NCBI GenBank assembly: GCA_965223855.1 | Contig: CBDCXM010000009.1 | Location: 2,176,001-2,240,000, forward strand | Length of the DNA stretch: 64,000 nt | DNA from: Candidatus Multivoradales bacterium | GTDB taxonomy: Bacteria; Acidobacteriota; Thermoanaerobaculia; Multivoradales; JAHEKO01 | Direction of reading: 5' to 3' | Shown: piece after piece, positions 50,390 to 58,897 of the stretch | How positions within the stretch are numbered: the stretch's first letter is position 1 | How the letters are laid out: each line of letters begins with the position of its first letter | The notes under the pieces: generated by a model | Seen by the model: only the letters and a program-made list of their open reading frames with translations | Database searches by the model: none | Told to the model about the DNA's origin: nothing | Made by a program: the position numbers and the translations under genes

Positions 50390-51505
50390 GTGATTGAAGA
50401 TCGCAAGGTCGCGTGGGCGGTCGCGGCCGGGATCGCACTGTTCCTCATCGCCCTCCTGTTCTCCGAGAAGGTGCAGCGGGAGCTGCGGCCGGAGCTCGTC
50501 GGTGCGCACGTCGGTATCGAGATCGAGGGCAGCGGCGTGGCGCGCGTCGGGACGGTCGAGGTCACTGCGGGCACGGCGGCGACTCTTCACGCCGTCCTCG
50601 AGGGACGGAAGCGCTCGGGAGAGGCGATCTACTACAGCGAAGCCTCGGCGATCGAGCTCGACGGCAAGCGGGTGGAAGAGTCGTCGATCGAGCCGTGGCC
50701 GGGGCCCGAGGAGGTGCGGATCCTCTGGTTCTCGGTCGAGGGTCCGCGGCCGCTCGTGGAGCTGCGCGGGGAAGATGGTCTCGAGCGGGTTCGCTTTCAG
50801 GAGGTCTACCGCTCCGACTGGCCGCGCGGGTGGTCGATTCCCGCGAGTCTCAAGCCGGCGCGCGCCAACTGGACGGCGGAGGTCCGTGCTCTGCGCGGAG
50901 ATCCGTTCGGCACCCAGCGCTACCAGGTCCGGGTCGAACTCTTCGGCCAGGCGAGCCAGCTCGTGCCGCTCGCGAGCTTCGATTCTGCGGGGGTCGACGA
51001 GGTCATCACGCTGGGACGAGCCTTCCCGACCCTCGTCGCGACGCTCCCGGAGCGCCTCGCTCTGGCGTCTCGTGTCTTCGGGCTGACCCAGGTCCGCTGG
51101 GGTGATTCGCCCCCCGAAGCCGCCGTCACGGTCCTCCAGTCGTGGTTCGAGAGCGATCTCGCCTACTCGCGCGTCCTGCTGCTTCGGCGGATGCTCGATC
51201 GGGCGGGAGCGCGTCTGGAGTCGCTCGAGTGGACCGCCGTCGACCTCGCGGCGGGACCCGACTGGAATCCCGACGGGGAACAGGGCGCGGTGGGCCCCGG
51301 GGACCTTCTGCGCGCCGGAGACCGCGTGGTCGTCCTGTTCGAGGACCGGGGAACCGCCGGCCGGCTCGATCTCGATGACCTCTGTTTCGACTTCGAGGAC
51401 GGCGCCGATGTCGTTCGACTGGGCGAGATATTCTCCGGCGAAGGTCTGGTGGAGCATGCGGCGTTGCAGCCGTCGGCGGCCCGGACGGGCGAGGAGGACG
51501 TGTGA
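50390..51505 (+). CDS. Hypothetical membrane-anchored protein
   Basis: N-terminal TM helix VAWAVAAGIALFLIALLF; host-like codon usage; stop overlaps the next start. Confidence 0.65.
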   Translation: MIEDRKVAWAVAAGIALFLIALLFSEKVQRELRPELVGAHVGIEIEGSGVARVGTVEVTAGTAATLHAVLEGRKRSGEAIYYSEASAIELDGKRVEESSIEPWPGPEEVRILWFSVEGPRPLVELRGEDGLERVRFQEVYRSDWPRGWSIPASLKPARANWTAEVRALRGDPFGTQRYQVRVELFGQASQLVPLASFDSAGVDEVITLGRAFPTLVATLPERLALASRVFGLTQVRWGDSPPEAAVTVLQSWFESDLAYSRVLLLRRMLDRAGARLESLEWTAVDLAAGPDWNPDGEQGAVGPGDLLRAGDRVVVLFEDRGTAGRLDLDDLCFDFEDGADVVRLGEIFSGEGLVEHAALQPSAARTGEEDV

Positions 51506-52506
51506 GCACGACAGTGACGCTGATCGAGGGTGACGGCATCGGGCCGGAGGTGACGGGAGCGGCGGTCCGGGTGGTCGAGGCCACCGGGGCACGGATCGAA
51601 TGGGAACCTCACGTCGCCGGAGTGGAGGCGATGGAGAAGCATGGCGAGCCGTTGCCGCAGACCGTGCTCGATTCGATCGTCCGCAACAAGGTGGCGCTCA
51701 AGGGACCGGTGACGACACCGGTCGGCAAGGGATTCCGCTCGGTCAATGTGCAGTTGCGCAAGGCGCTCGAGCTGTTCGCCAATCTGCGGCCGGTCGAGAC
51801 GCTCCCCAACGTTCCGTCGCGCTACCAGGACGTCGATCTGGTGGTGGTGAGGGAGAACACCGAGGGCCTCTACAGCGGCATCGAGCACACCGTCGTCGAC
51901 GGTGTCGTCGAGAGCCTCAAGATTGTCACCCGCAAGGCGTCGACGCGGATCGCGAAGTTCGCCTTTGACTATGCCCGTGCCAACGGCCGCAAGCGGGTGA
52001 CCTCGGTCCACAAGGCCAACATCATGAAGCTCTCGGACGGCCTCTTCCTCCAGTGTTGCCGGGAGGTGGGGGAGGGCTACGACGACGTCGAGTTCGACGA
52101 CCGGATCATCGACGCCTGCTGCATGCAGCTCGTCACCCGACCCGAGACCTTCGACGTTCTGGTGCTGCCGAACCTCTACGGCGACATCGTCTCCGACCTG
52201 GCGGCCGGGCTGGTCGGCGGCCTCGGAATGACTCCGGGGGCGAACCTCGGCGAGGAGCTGGCGGTGTTCGAGGCGGTCCACGGCAGCGCACCCGACATCG
52301 CCGGGCAGAACCTCGCCAACCCGTCGGCCGTCCTGCAGTCGGCGGCGCTCATGCTCGAGCACCTGGCGATGCGGCAGGAGGCGGCGCGGTTGCGCGGGGC
52401 GCTACGCTCGGTCCTCGCCTCGGGAGTGCGGACCGGCGATCTCGGCGGCGAGGCGAGCACGACCGAGTTCACCGACGCGCTGGTGCGCGAGATCGAGTCG
52501 AGCTGA
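51502..52506 (+). CDS. Isocitrate/isopropylmalate dehydrogenase family (NAD-dependent IDH-like)
   Basis: GDGIGPEV, RSVNVQLRK, RENTEGLY, HKANIMK, NLYGDIVSD, FEAVHGSAPDIAG. Confidence 0.9.
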   Translation: MSTTVTLIEGDGIGPEVTGAAVRVVEATGARIEWEPHVAGVEAMEKHGEPLPQTVLDSIVRNKVALKGPVTTPVGKGFRSVNVQLRKALELFANLRPVETLPNVPSRYQDVDLVVVRENTEGLYSGIEHTVVDGVVESLKIVTRKASTRIAKFAFDYARANGRKRVTSVHKANIMKLSDGLFLQCCREVGEGYDDVEFDDRIIDACCMQLVTRPETFDVLVLPNLYGDIVSDLAAGLVGGLGMTPGANLGEELAVFEAVHGSAPDIAGQNLANPSAVLQSAALMLEHLAMRQEAARLRGALRSVLASGVRTGDLGGEASTTEFTDALVREIESS

Positions 52507-52515
52507 CGGCCGCAG

Positions 52516-53583
52516 CTACTGCTGAATCAGGTGGCGGCTCGCCGTCGGCAGGGCCAGTCGCACCCCGGCTGCGTCGAGGCGCCGCTTGATCCCCATGTGG
52601 GTCTCGTGGACCCGCTGCATCCAGTTGCCGAGATCGGTGATCCAGTAGACCACCTCGATCTCGAGCGAGTACTCACCGAAGCGGACGAAGCGCACCAGGA
52701 TGTTGTCGCTGTCGGTCCCTTCCTGGTCGCGCAACGCCTGGTAGAGGGTCTCGATCGCGGTATCGACCTCGTCGGCGCTGGAGTGGAACGGCAGGCCGAG
52801 GACGAAGCTGCGGCGACGGGCGACGCGGCTCGAGAAGTTCTCGATCGAGCTGTCGGCGACGGTGCTGTTCGGAATCGTCACGACCGTCCCCTGCTCGGTC
52901 TTGAGCCGGGTGCTGCGCAGCCCGATCTCGACCACCTCGCCGGAGTGCCCGGCGACGGCGACCCAGTCCTCGAGCTGGAACGGCTTGTCCCAGAAGAGGG
53001 TGATGCCGGCGATGACGTTCTTGAGCGCGTCCTGGGCCGCGAGAGCGATCGCGAGACCGCCGATGCCCAGCCCGGCGAGCACCGAGAGAATGTCGTAGCC
53101 CATGTTCGAGAGGACGACGATCGTCGCCAGGAGCGCGACGATCCCCTTCACCAGCTTGCGCAGGATCGGCAGGAGCTGGTCGTCGAGCTTGCTGTCGGTC
53201 CCCTGGACTCGCGGCTCGAGGTAGCGGCGGGTGAAGATGTCGATCACCCTCAGGACCAGCCAGGTGACGGCGAAGGTGACGATCACCAGAGAACCGGCGC
53301 GCAGCGCCTTGTCCGCCTCCGGTGCGAGCGTGAGGAACGCCTTGCCGAAGTGGAGGGCGGCGCCGAACAGCGCCAGGACGAACGGCTCCCGCGCGCCGCC
53401 GACGAGGTCGTCGTCCAGCTCGGTCTCGGTGCGCTCGGCCGCGCGCTGGATCTGGTGGCGGAAGAGGAAGTGGACCAGCTTGCCGAGGATGACGGCCGCG
53501 GCGAGCGTGCCGAAGAAGTAGAGGTACTGCAGCAGGGTGTTGCCGAAGTAGGTCCGCTCGAGGAGCTCGCGCAACTCGTCCAT
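52516..53583 (-). CDS. Mechanosensitive ion channel (MscS family)
   Basis: LAGLGIGGLAIALAAQD, KPF...D.V, G.VVEIGLRST, IPNS. Confidence 0.92.
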   Translation of the reverse strand: MDELRELLERTYFGNTLLQYLYFFGTLAAAVILGKLVHFLFRHQIQRAAERTETELDDDLVGGAREPFVLALFGAALHFGKAFLTLAPEADKALRAGSLVIVTFAVTWLVLRVIDIFTRRYLEPRVQGTDSKLDDQLLPILRKLVKGIVALLATIVVLSNMGYDILSVLAGLGIGGLAIALAAQDALKNVIAGITLFWDKPFQLEDWVAVAGHSGEVVEIGLRSTRLKTEQGTVVTIPNSTVADSSIENFSSRVARRRSFVLGLPFHSSADEVDTAIETLYQALRDQEGTDSDNILVRFVRFGEYSLEIEVVYWITDLGNWMQRVHETHMGIKRRLDAAGVRLALPTASRHLIQQ

Positions 53584-53684
53584 ATCGCCTCCAGTCAGGG
53601 GGGTCGCTCAGTCGGGATCGGCGGTGACGCTACCAGATCGCCAGCGCCACCAGATCGCCACTACCACCGGATCGCTGGAGTGGC

Positions 53685-55220
53685 TCAGCCCGGCTCGCGG
53701 TCGAGAGAGTAGGGCACGTGCCGCGCGACCTCGGCGAGCGAGGTCACTCCGCGCTCGACCTTGACCAGCGCGTCGTCGAGCAGGGTCCGCATGCCGCCGC
53801 TCTGGGCCTCGCGCCGCAGGACGTGGGGCGGTCGGCCGCGCGCCATCCGGTGCGCGGCGGCTCCGTCGATGGTGAAGAGCTCGAAAACGCCGACCCGCCC
53901 CCGGTAGCCGTCGAGGCAGGCGTCGCAGCCGACCGGCTCGAACGCTTCGAGCTCACGTCCCTCGAGTCCCAGGCGGCGCAGCAGCGCCGCATCGGCAGGA
54001 GCCGGCCGCCGGCACTCGACGCACAGTCGGCGCAGGAGGCGCTGCGCGAGCACCGCCAGCAGGGCGTCGGCCATCATCGCCCGCTCGACGGCGAGCGTTT
54101 CGAGCCTCGGTACCGCACCGACCGCGTCACGGGTGTGCAGGGTGCTCAAGACGAGATGCCCGGTCTGTGCCGCGCGCACCGCCAGCGCTGCGGTCTCCTC
54201 GTCGCGGATCTCGCCGATCATGAGGATGTCGGGATCCTGCCGCAGGAACGCGCGAGCGTAGTCGGAGAAGCCCATGGTCGGGCCGACCTGCTTCTGGTTG
54301 GCCTTGGGGAGTTCGTACTCGATCGGGTTCTCGACCGTCAGCAGCTTGTTGCCGTCGTGGTTGACGGTGCGGATCGCTGCGTAGAGGGTGGTCGTTTTGC
54401 CGCTGCCGGTCGGTCCTGTGATCAGGACCATCCCCTCCGGTGAGGCGACCGCGTCGCCGAACGCCCGAGCGGTGTCGGCCTCCATGCCGAGGGCGTCGAA
54501 GCCGAGGTCGGGCGCACCTGAGTCGAGCACCCGCACGACCGCGTCCTCGCCGTGGGGGCCAGGGAGGACCGATAGGCGCAGGTCGATTTCCCGGGGGTCC
54601 CGATCCGGCTCTTCGAAGATCGCCAGCACCCGTCCGTCCTGCGCCCGGCGGCGCTCGGCGATGTCGAGCCCGGCGAGCACCTTGAGGTACGAGATCGCAG
54701 CCGGCACGTGTTCGGACGAGATCGGGGTCGAGACCTGCCGCAGCACGCCGTCGACCCGGAGCCGCACATCGACGTCACCGCGATAGCTCTCGAAGTGGAC
54801 GTCGCTCGCACCGAGAGTGATCGCCTGAGCGATCGCCTCGTGCACGAGGCGTCGCACGGCACGATCCGGCTGGTAGGAGATCCGGTGCACCGGCTGGAGG
54901 CGCAGCGGCTCGTCTCCGGTCCCGCGGTGCCGCCCGGTGGGGTAGCCGACAGCGACCGCCGTTTCGACCTCGTGCTGGTGGAGGCGGACCACTTCGATCG
55001 GCCGCCTCAGCGCGTCTTCGACCGCCTCGACGGTCGCGGCGTCTCCGGGTCGGACCAGGCCGACAGTCACCGCGTCGCTGTCCTCGGCAGGCACCGACCC
55101 GAGCACGACGACCCCACGACGAAGACAGAACTCGCGGCCCAGCAGGCGCACCGCTTCGGCATCGATCTCGAAGTGCGACAGCTCGGTGAACTGGTGAGGG
55201 TCGGGCTCGTTCCGGCTCAT
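53685..55220 (-). CDS. GspE/PilB-family secretion/pilus assembly ATPase
   Basis: ASDVHFE, LRVDGVL, QDGR, GPTGSGKTT, LRQDPD...GEIRD, GHLVLSTLH, CVEC..CDAC, GYRGR. Confidence 0.9.
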   Translation of the reverse strand: MSRNEPDPHQFTELSHFEIDAEAVRLLGREFCLRRGVVVLGSVPAEDSDAVTVGLVRPGDAATVEAVEDALRRPIEVVRLHQHEVETAVAVGYPTGRHRGTGDEPLRLQPVHRISYQPDRAVRRLVHEAIAQAITLGASDVHFESYRGDVDVRLRVDGVLRQVSTPISSEHVPAAISYLKVLAGLDIAERRRAQDGRVLAIFEEPDRDPREIDLRLSVLPGPHGEDAVVRVLDSGAPDLGFDALGMEADTARAFGDAVASPEGMVLITGPTGSGKTTTLYAAIRTVNHDGNKLLTVENPIEYELPKANQKQVGPTMGFSDYARAFLRQDPDILMIGEIRDEETAALAVRAAQTGHLVLSTLHTRDAVGAVPRLETLAVERAMMADALLAVLAQRLLRRLCVECRRPAPADAALLRRLGLEGRELEAFEPVGCDACLDGYRGRVGVFELFTIDGAAAHRMARGRPPHVLRREAQSGGMRTLLDDALVKVERGVTSLAEVARHVPYSLDREPG

Positions 55221-55254
55221 CCGGGAAGTCTCTCATCCGGCGCACTCCGAAGAC

Positions 55255-55297
55255 CTACGAACATCTTCGTTGACAACTACGAAGACTTTCGTGTAAT
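55255..55297 (+). promoter_or_regulatory. Tandem BlaI-type operators overlapping a sigma-70 promoter
   Basis: CTACGAA-CATC-TTCGT (55255-55270) and CTACGAA-GACT-TTCGT (55277-55292), 22 bp apart; TTGACA at 55270-55275 and TGTAAT at 55292-55297; ATG 8 nt after the -10. Confidence 0.75.
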
Positions 55298-55305
55298 CTG
55301 CCCGC

Positions 55306-55695
55306 ATGAACGAGATCCGCCGCAAACCGACCGAGTCCGAGCTGCGCATCCTGCGAGTGCTGTGGAGGCAGGGACCTTCCTCGGTGCGCGACGTCCACGA
55401 GGCCCTGCGCGCCGAGCACGAGGTCGGCTATACGACCGTCCTCAAGCTGCTCCAGATCATGGCGGAGAAGGGGTCGGTGACCCGCGACGACAGCCGGCGG
55501 GCCCACATCTACGCGGCCGCCGAGCCTGCCGATGCCACCAAGCGGCGGTTGGCGGGCGACCTCGTCGAGCGGGTGTTCGAGGGATCGGCGCGCGATCTGC
55601 TCCTGCACGCCCTCGGCTCGAGCGAGCCGTCGGCCGAGGAGCTCGAGGCGATGCGCGATCTGATCGACCGCTTCGAGAAGGGGGAGACGTCATGA
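55306..55695 (+). CDS. BlaI/MecI/CopY family transcriptional repressor
   Basis: PTESELRILRVLW..GPSSVRDV, GYTTVLKLLQIM.EKG, RAHIY, VFEGS. Confidence 0.93.
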   Translation: MNEIRRKPTESELRILRVLWRQGPSSVRDVHEALRAEHEVGYTTVLKLLQIMAEKGSVTRDDSRRAHIYAAAEPADATKRRLAGDLVERVFEGSARDLLLHALGSSEPSAEELEAMRDLIDRFEKGETS

Positions 55696-57545
55696 TGCCC
55701 ACGGACGGCACGATCGAGGCGCTCGGTTGGGCGCTTCTGCACTCCGTGTGGCAGATCGCCGCACTCGCCCTCGTGGCGGCCGTCTCGCTCTCGTTCCTGC
55801 GTCGACCTGCGACGCGGTATCTCTTCGGCGTCGGAATCCTGGTGCTGATGCTCGCGGTCCCGATGGCGACCTTCGTCGCCGGTCTCGACGGCGCCTCCGC
55901 ACCTGCCGTTGGGATGGTGGCAGACGCCGGGTCGGCATCCGAGGCTACGGCGTCGACGCCGCTCTCCCGAAGAGTCGAGCCGCCCAGCCCCGGCCTGGTA
56001 CGGGGCCTGATGCCCGGCCTGATGTCGGCGCGAGTGCTCACCACGGCAGTGCTCGTCTGGTGCTGTGGAGTCGCGCTCCTCGGCCTGCGCGCGCTCGGAG
56101 CGCTGTGGTGGGTTCGCAGGCTCGAGCGGGCCTCGGCCGAGCTGCCGAGGCGCGCTCTCGAGCTGTGTCGTGACGTCGAGCACCGGCTCGGTCTGCGGCG
56201 TGCGGTGCACTACGCCGCGAGCAGGGAGGGAGAGGGGCCGGCGGTGATCGGAGTGCTGCGCCCGATGGTCCTGCTGCCGATGGCGGCGCTGGCGGGCCTG
56301 CCCCCAGAGCAGTTGCGGCTCATCGTCGCTCACGAGCTGGCTCATATCCGACGCTGGGACTCGCTCGTCAACCTCGGTCAGGTGGTCGTCGAAACGCTCC
56401 TCTTCTACCATCCGGGCGTCTGGTGGCTGAGTCGGAGGGTTCGCGGCGAGCGGGAGCTCGCCTGCGACGACCTGGTGCTCCACGGCGGCGGGCGGGAGCG
56501 TGCCGTGGACTACGCTCGGGCGCTCAGCTCGCTGGCCGCCCTGCCCCGCACTCCCGTCCTCGCGCCCGGGGCCCGAGGCGGCTCGCTGACGAGCCGCGTC
56601 GAGCGCATTCTCGGCGTCGATCGGGGCGGTTCCGGTGCGCGTGGGCTGAGGCTGGTCGCGGCCGCTGCCGGGCTGGTGGTGGCGCTCTTCGCCACGTCCG
56701 GCCTCGCGACGCCCCAGAACCCTCTGCCTGCGGACCGGCACCCCGCCGTCTCGCTGACGCCCTCGGGTGGAGAAGAGGTGCGCTTCGAGGCCGCGACGGC
56801 CTCGTCGGCCAGGAGCGACGAGGAGCCGGGCGCAGAGGCTACGCGCGAGGAGCCTCGTGAGCGACCGGCAGACGGCGAGCGGAGGGATCGCGACGCGGCG
56901 CGCCGCGCCTCCGCGGAGTCCCGCCCCGACGGCGCCACGAGCTACATCGACGAGCTCCGCGCCGCCGGACTCGATCCCGACGTCGATCAACTCATCGCCC
57001 TCAAGGTGAACGGCGTCACCGGCCGGTACGTGAGGGCGCTCGCGGCGGCCGGATTCCGGCCGGGCCCGGACGACCTGATCGCCATGCGGGTACATGGTGT
57101 CGATCCCGAGTTCGTCGCGGCCGTGCGGGACGCCGGCTACCAGCCGTCGAAGGACGATCTGGTGGCGCTGCGGGTCCACGGCGTCGATCCGGCTACCGCC
57201 ACGACGCTGCGGGCCGCAGGATTCGAACCGACTCTCGACGATCTGGTCGCGCTGAGGGTCCACGGTGTGGATCCGGCGACCGCGACGGCCCTTCGAGCCG
57301 CCGGATTCGAACCGACCCTCGACGACCTCGTCGCGCTCCGCGTCCATGGCATCTCACCGTCTCTCGCCGCGGCGCTCGCGACCGCCGGTCTGGCAGAGGA
57401 CCTCGATGACGTAGTCGCCGCCGGCATTCACGGCGTGACCCCTGAGTTCGTCGACCTCGCCCGCAGTCACGGCTTCGACGACCTCGATCTCGATCAACTG
57501 ATCCAACTCCGCCGCCTCGGTGTCCTCGACACCGGCGACCGGTGA
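55692..57545 (+). CDS. M56 (BlaR1-type) membrane metallopeptidase with C-terminal 28-aa repeat sensor domain
   Basis: GWALLHSVWQ, GPAVIGVLRP, HELAH zinc motif, YHPGVWW, ERELACDD; then a TM helix and about 7 repeats of DDLVALRVHGVDP...AAGF. Confidence 0.9.
   Translation: MMPTDGTIEALGWALLHSVWQIAALALVAAVSLSFLRRPATRYLFGVGILVLMLAVPMATFVAGLDGASAPAVGMVADAGSASEATASTPLSRRVEPPSPGLVRGLMPGLMSARVLTTAVLVWCCGVALLGLRALGALWWVRRLERASAELPRRALELCRDVEHRLGLRRAVHYAASREGEGPAVIGVLRPMVLLPMAALAGLPPEQLRLIVAHELAHIRRWDSLVNLGQVVVETLLFYHPGVWWLSRRVRGERELACDDLVLHGGGRERAVDYARALSSLAALPRTPVLAPGARGGSLTSRVERILGVDRGGSGARGLRLVAAAAGLVVALFATSGLATPQNPLPADRHPAVSLTPSGGEEVRFEAATASSARSDEEPGAEATREEPRERPADGERRDRDAARRASAESRPDGATSYIDELRAAGLDPDVDQLIALKVNGVTGRYVRALAAAGFRPGPDDLIAMRVHGVDPEFVAAVRDAGYQPSKDDLVALRVHGVDPATATTLRAAGFEPTLDDLVALRVHGVDPATATALRAAGFEPTLDDLVALRVHGISPSLAAALATAGLAEDLDDVVAAGIHGVTPEFVDLARSHGFDDLDLDQLIQLRRLGVLDTGDR
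57153..57350 (+). repeat. In-frame 84-bp tandem repeat (about 2.4 copies) inside the M56 gene
   Basis: Units start at 57153, 57237 and 57321 and encode near-identical DDLVALRVHGVDPATAT(T/A)LRAAGFEPTL. Confidence 0.85.
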
Positions 57546-57556
57546 AAGGAACCCCG

Positions 57557-58576
57557 ATGACCCGCCTCTCCGCCTCGCTCGCCGCTGCCCTTCTGATTCT
57601 CGCTACCCTCCCGCTCGCCGCAGACCACGACTGGTCGAGCGGCTCCTGGGAGCTCGAGCCCGACGAGCCGGGCGAGGTGCGGCTCGAGCTGACCTCCGGT
57701 CGGGCCGGCCACCGTTCGCACTGGAACTCCGACATCGAGGTCGCTGCGTTCACCGGCCTCGACCTCTCGGTCTCAGGCCGCCGCGACGTCGTTTTCACCC
57801 TCGCGCGCGACGCCGGCACGGTCGAGTTCCGCGGTGAGATGCGGGGCGAGCGTGGGGAGGGGAGCTACAGCTTCTCGCCCGACGAGGGCTACGAAGAGAG
57901 GATGGCGAGCCTCGGTTTCCGCATCGACGACGACGACCTCTTCGCCTACGCGCTGCACGACGTCTCGCTCGACTTCGCCCGCCGGATGCAGGAGGCGGAC
58001 ATTCGCGGTCTCGACGGCGACGCGCTGCTGGCGTTCCGCATCCACGGCGTGGACGGGGCCTATGTCGACGGCATCCGCTCCGCCGGGCAGGCGGTCGACG
58101 ACAGCGACTCCTGGATCGCCTTCCGGATTCACGGCGTCTCCGCCGAGATGATCCGCCGGCTGAGAGCCTCGGGCTACGATCCCGACGACGACGACCTCAT
58201 CGCGCTGCGGATTCACGGCGCGAGCCCGGAGTGGGTGAGCGAGCTCGCCGCGCACGGCTACGATCATCTCGATCTCGACGACATGGTCGCGTTCCGCATC
58301 CACGGCGTGACGCCGGAGTTCATCGGCCGGATCCGCCAACTCGGCTATGAAGGGCCTGCGGCCGACCAGCTCGTCGCGATGCGGATCCACGGCGTTACCG
58401 CCGACTTCATCGATCAGATCCAGAAACTCGGCTTCGACCGTCCCGGCACCGACCAACTCGTCGCCATGCGGATTCACGGCGTGACTCCCGACTACATCAG
58501 CGACCTGCGCGGTCGTGGGCTCGAGAATCTGTCGATCGAGAAGCTGATCGAGCTGAGGATTCACGGGATCGACTGA
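57557..58576 (+). CDS. Secreted repeat protein (beta-rich N-domain plus about 8 RIHG repeats)
   Basis: Signal peptide MTRLSASLAAALLILATLPLAA; RBS GAAAGGA; repeats D.L(I/V)A.RIHGV(T/S/D)....I..l...G(Y/F). Confidence 0.85.
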   Translation: MTRLSASLAAALLILATLPLAADHDWSSGSWELEPDEPGEVRLELTSGRAGHRSHWNSDIEVAAFTGLDLSVSGRRDVVFTLARDAGTVEFRGEMRGERGEGSYSFSPDEGYEERMASLGFRIDDDDLFAYALHDVSLDFARRMQEADIRGLDGDALLAFRIHGVDGAYVDGIRSAGQAVDDSDSWIAFRIHGVSAEMIRRLRASGYDPDDDDLIALRIHGASPEWVSELAAHGYDHLDLDDMVAFRIHGVTPEFIGRIRQLGYEGPAADQLVAMRIHGVTADFIDQIQKLGFDRPGTDQLVAMRIHGVTPDYISDLRGRGLENLSIEKLIELRIHGID

Positions 58577-58897
58577 GGGTCTCTACACCCGAAGCTGTCG
58601 ACACCCCCGAACCTTCCCGGCGCCGCGCCGTAGTCAGTAGCAGAGTCGTTGCCTGCGGTCTGCGGGTGCGAAGGGCTCCAGGTCCCCCGGCGGCAGTGGG
58701 GCTGAAGCGCGAGGCGAGCGGCGATCCCGGCAGATGCGGAACAAGAGAGGGCGCAACACTACGGCTCCCGGTAAGGCTATGGCTCCCGGCGGGGAGGCTC
58801 GTCGCCGGGGAGACGGCTTCCTGCTCGAAGCGTTCTTCGGCCTCGGCGCACTCGCCCTGATCGCCGTCCTCGCGCGCCGGGAGGCCGGCCGCGTTGC

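Noticed and set aside
53632-53676. 17-bp-period repeat ACC(A/G)GATCGC x3 between the ATPase and mscS genes
   Set aside because: Too short and degenerate; not CRISPR-like (no 25-45 bp repeats with unique spacers, no cas genes)
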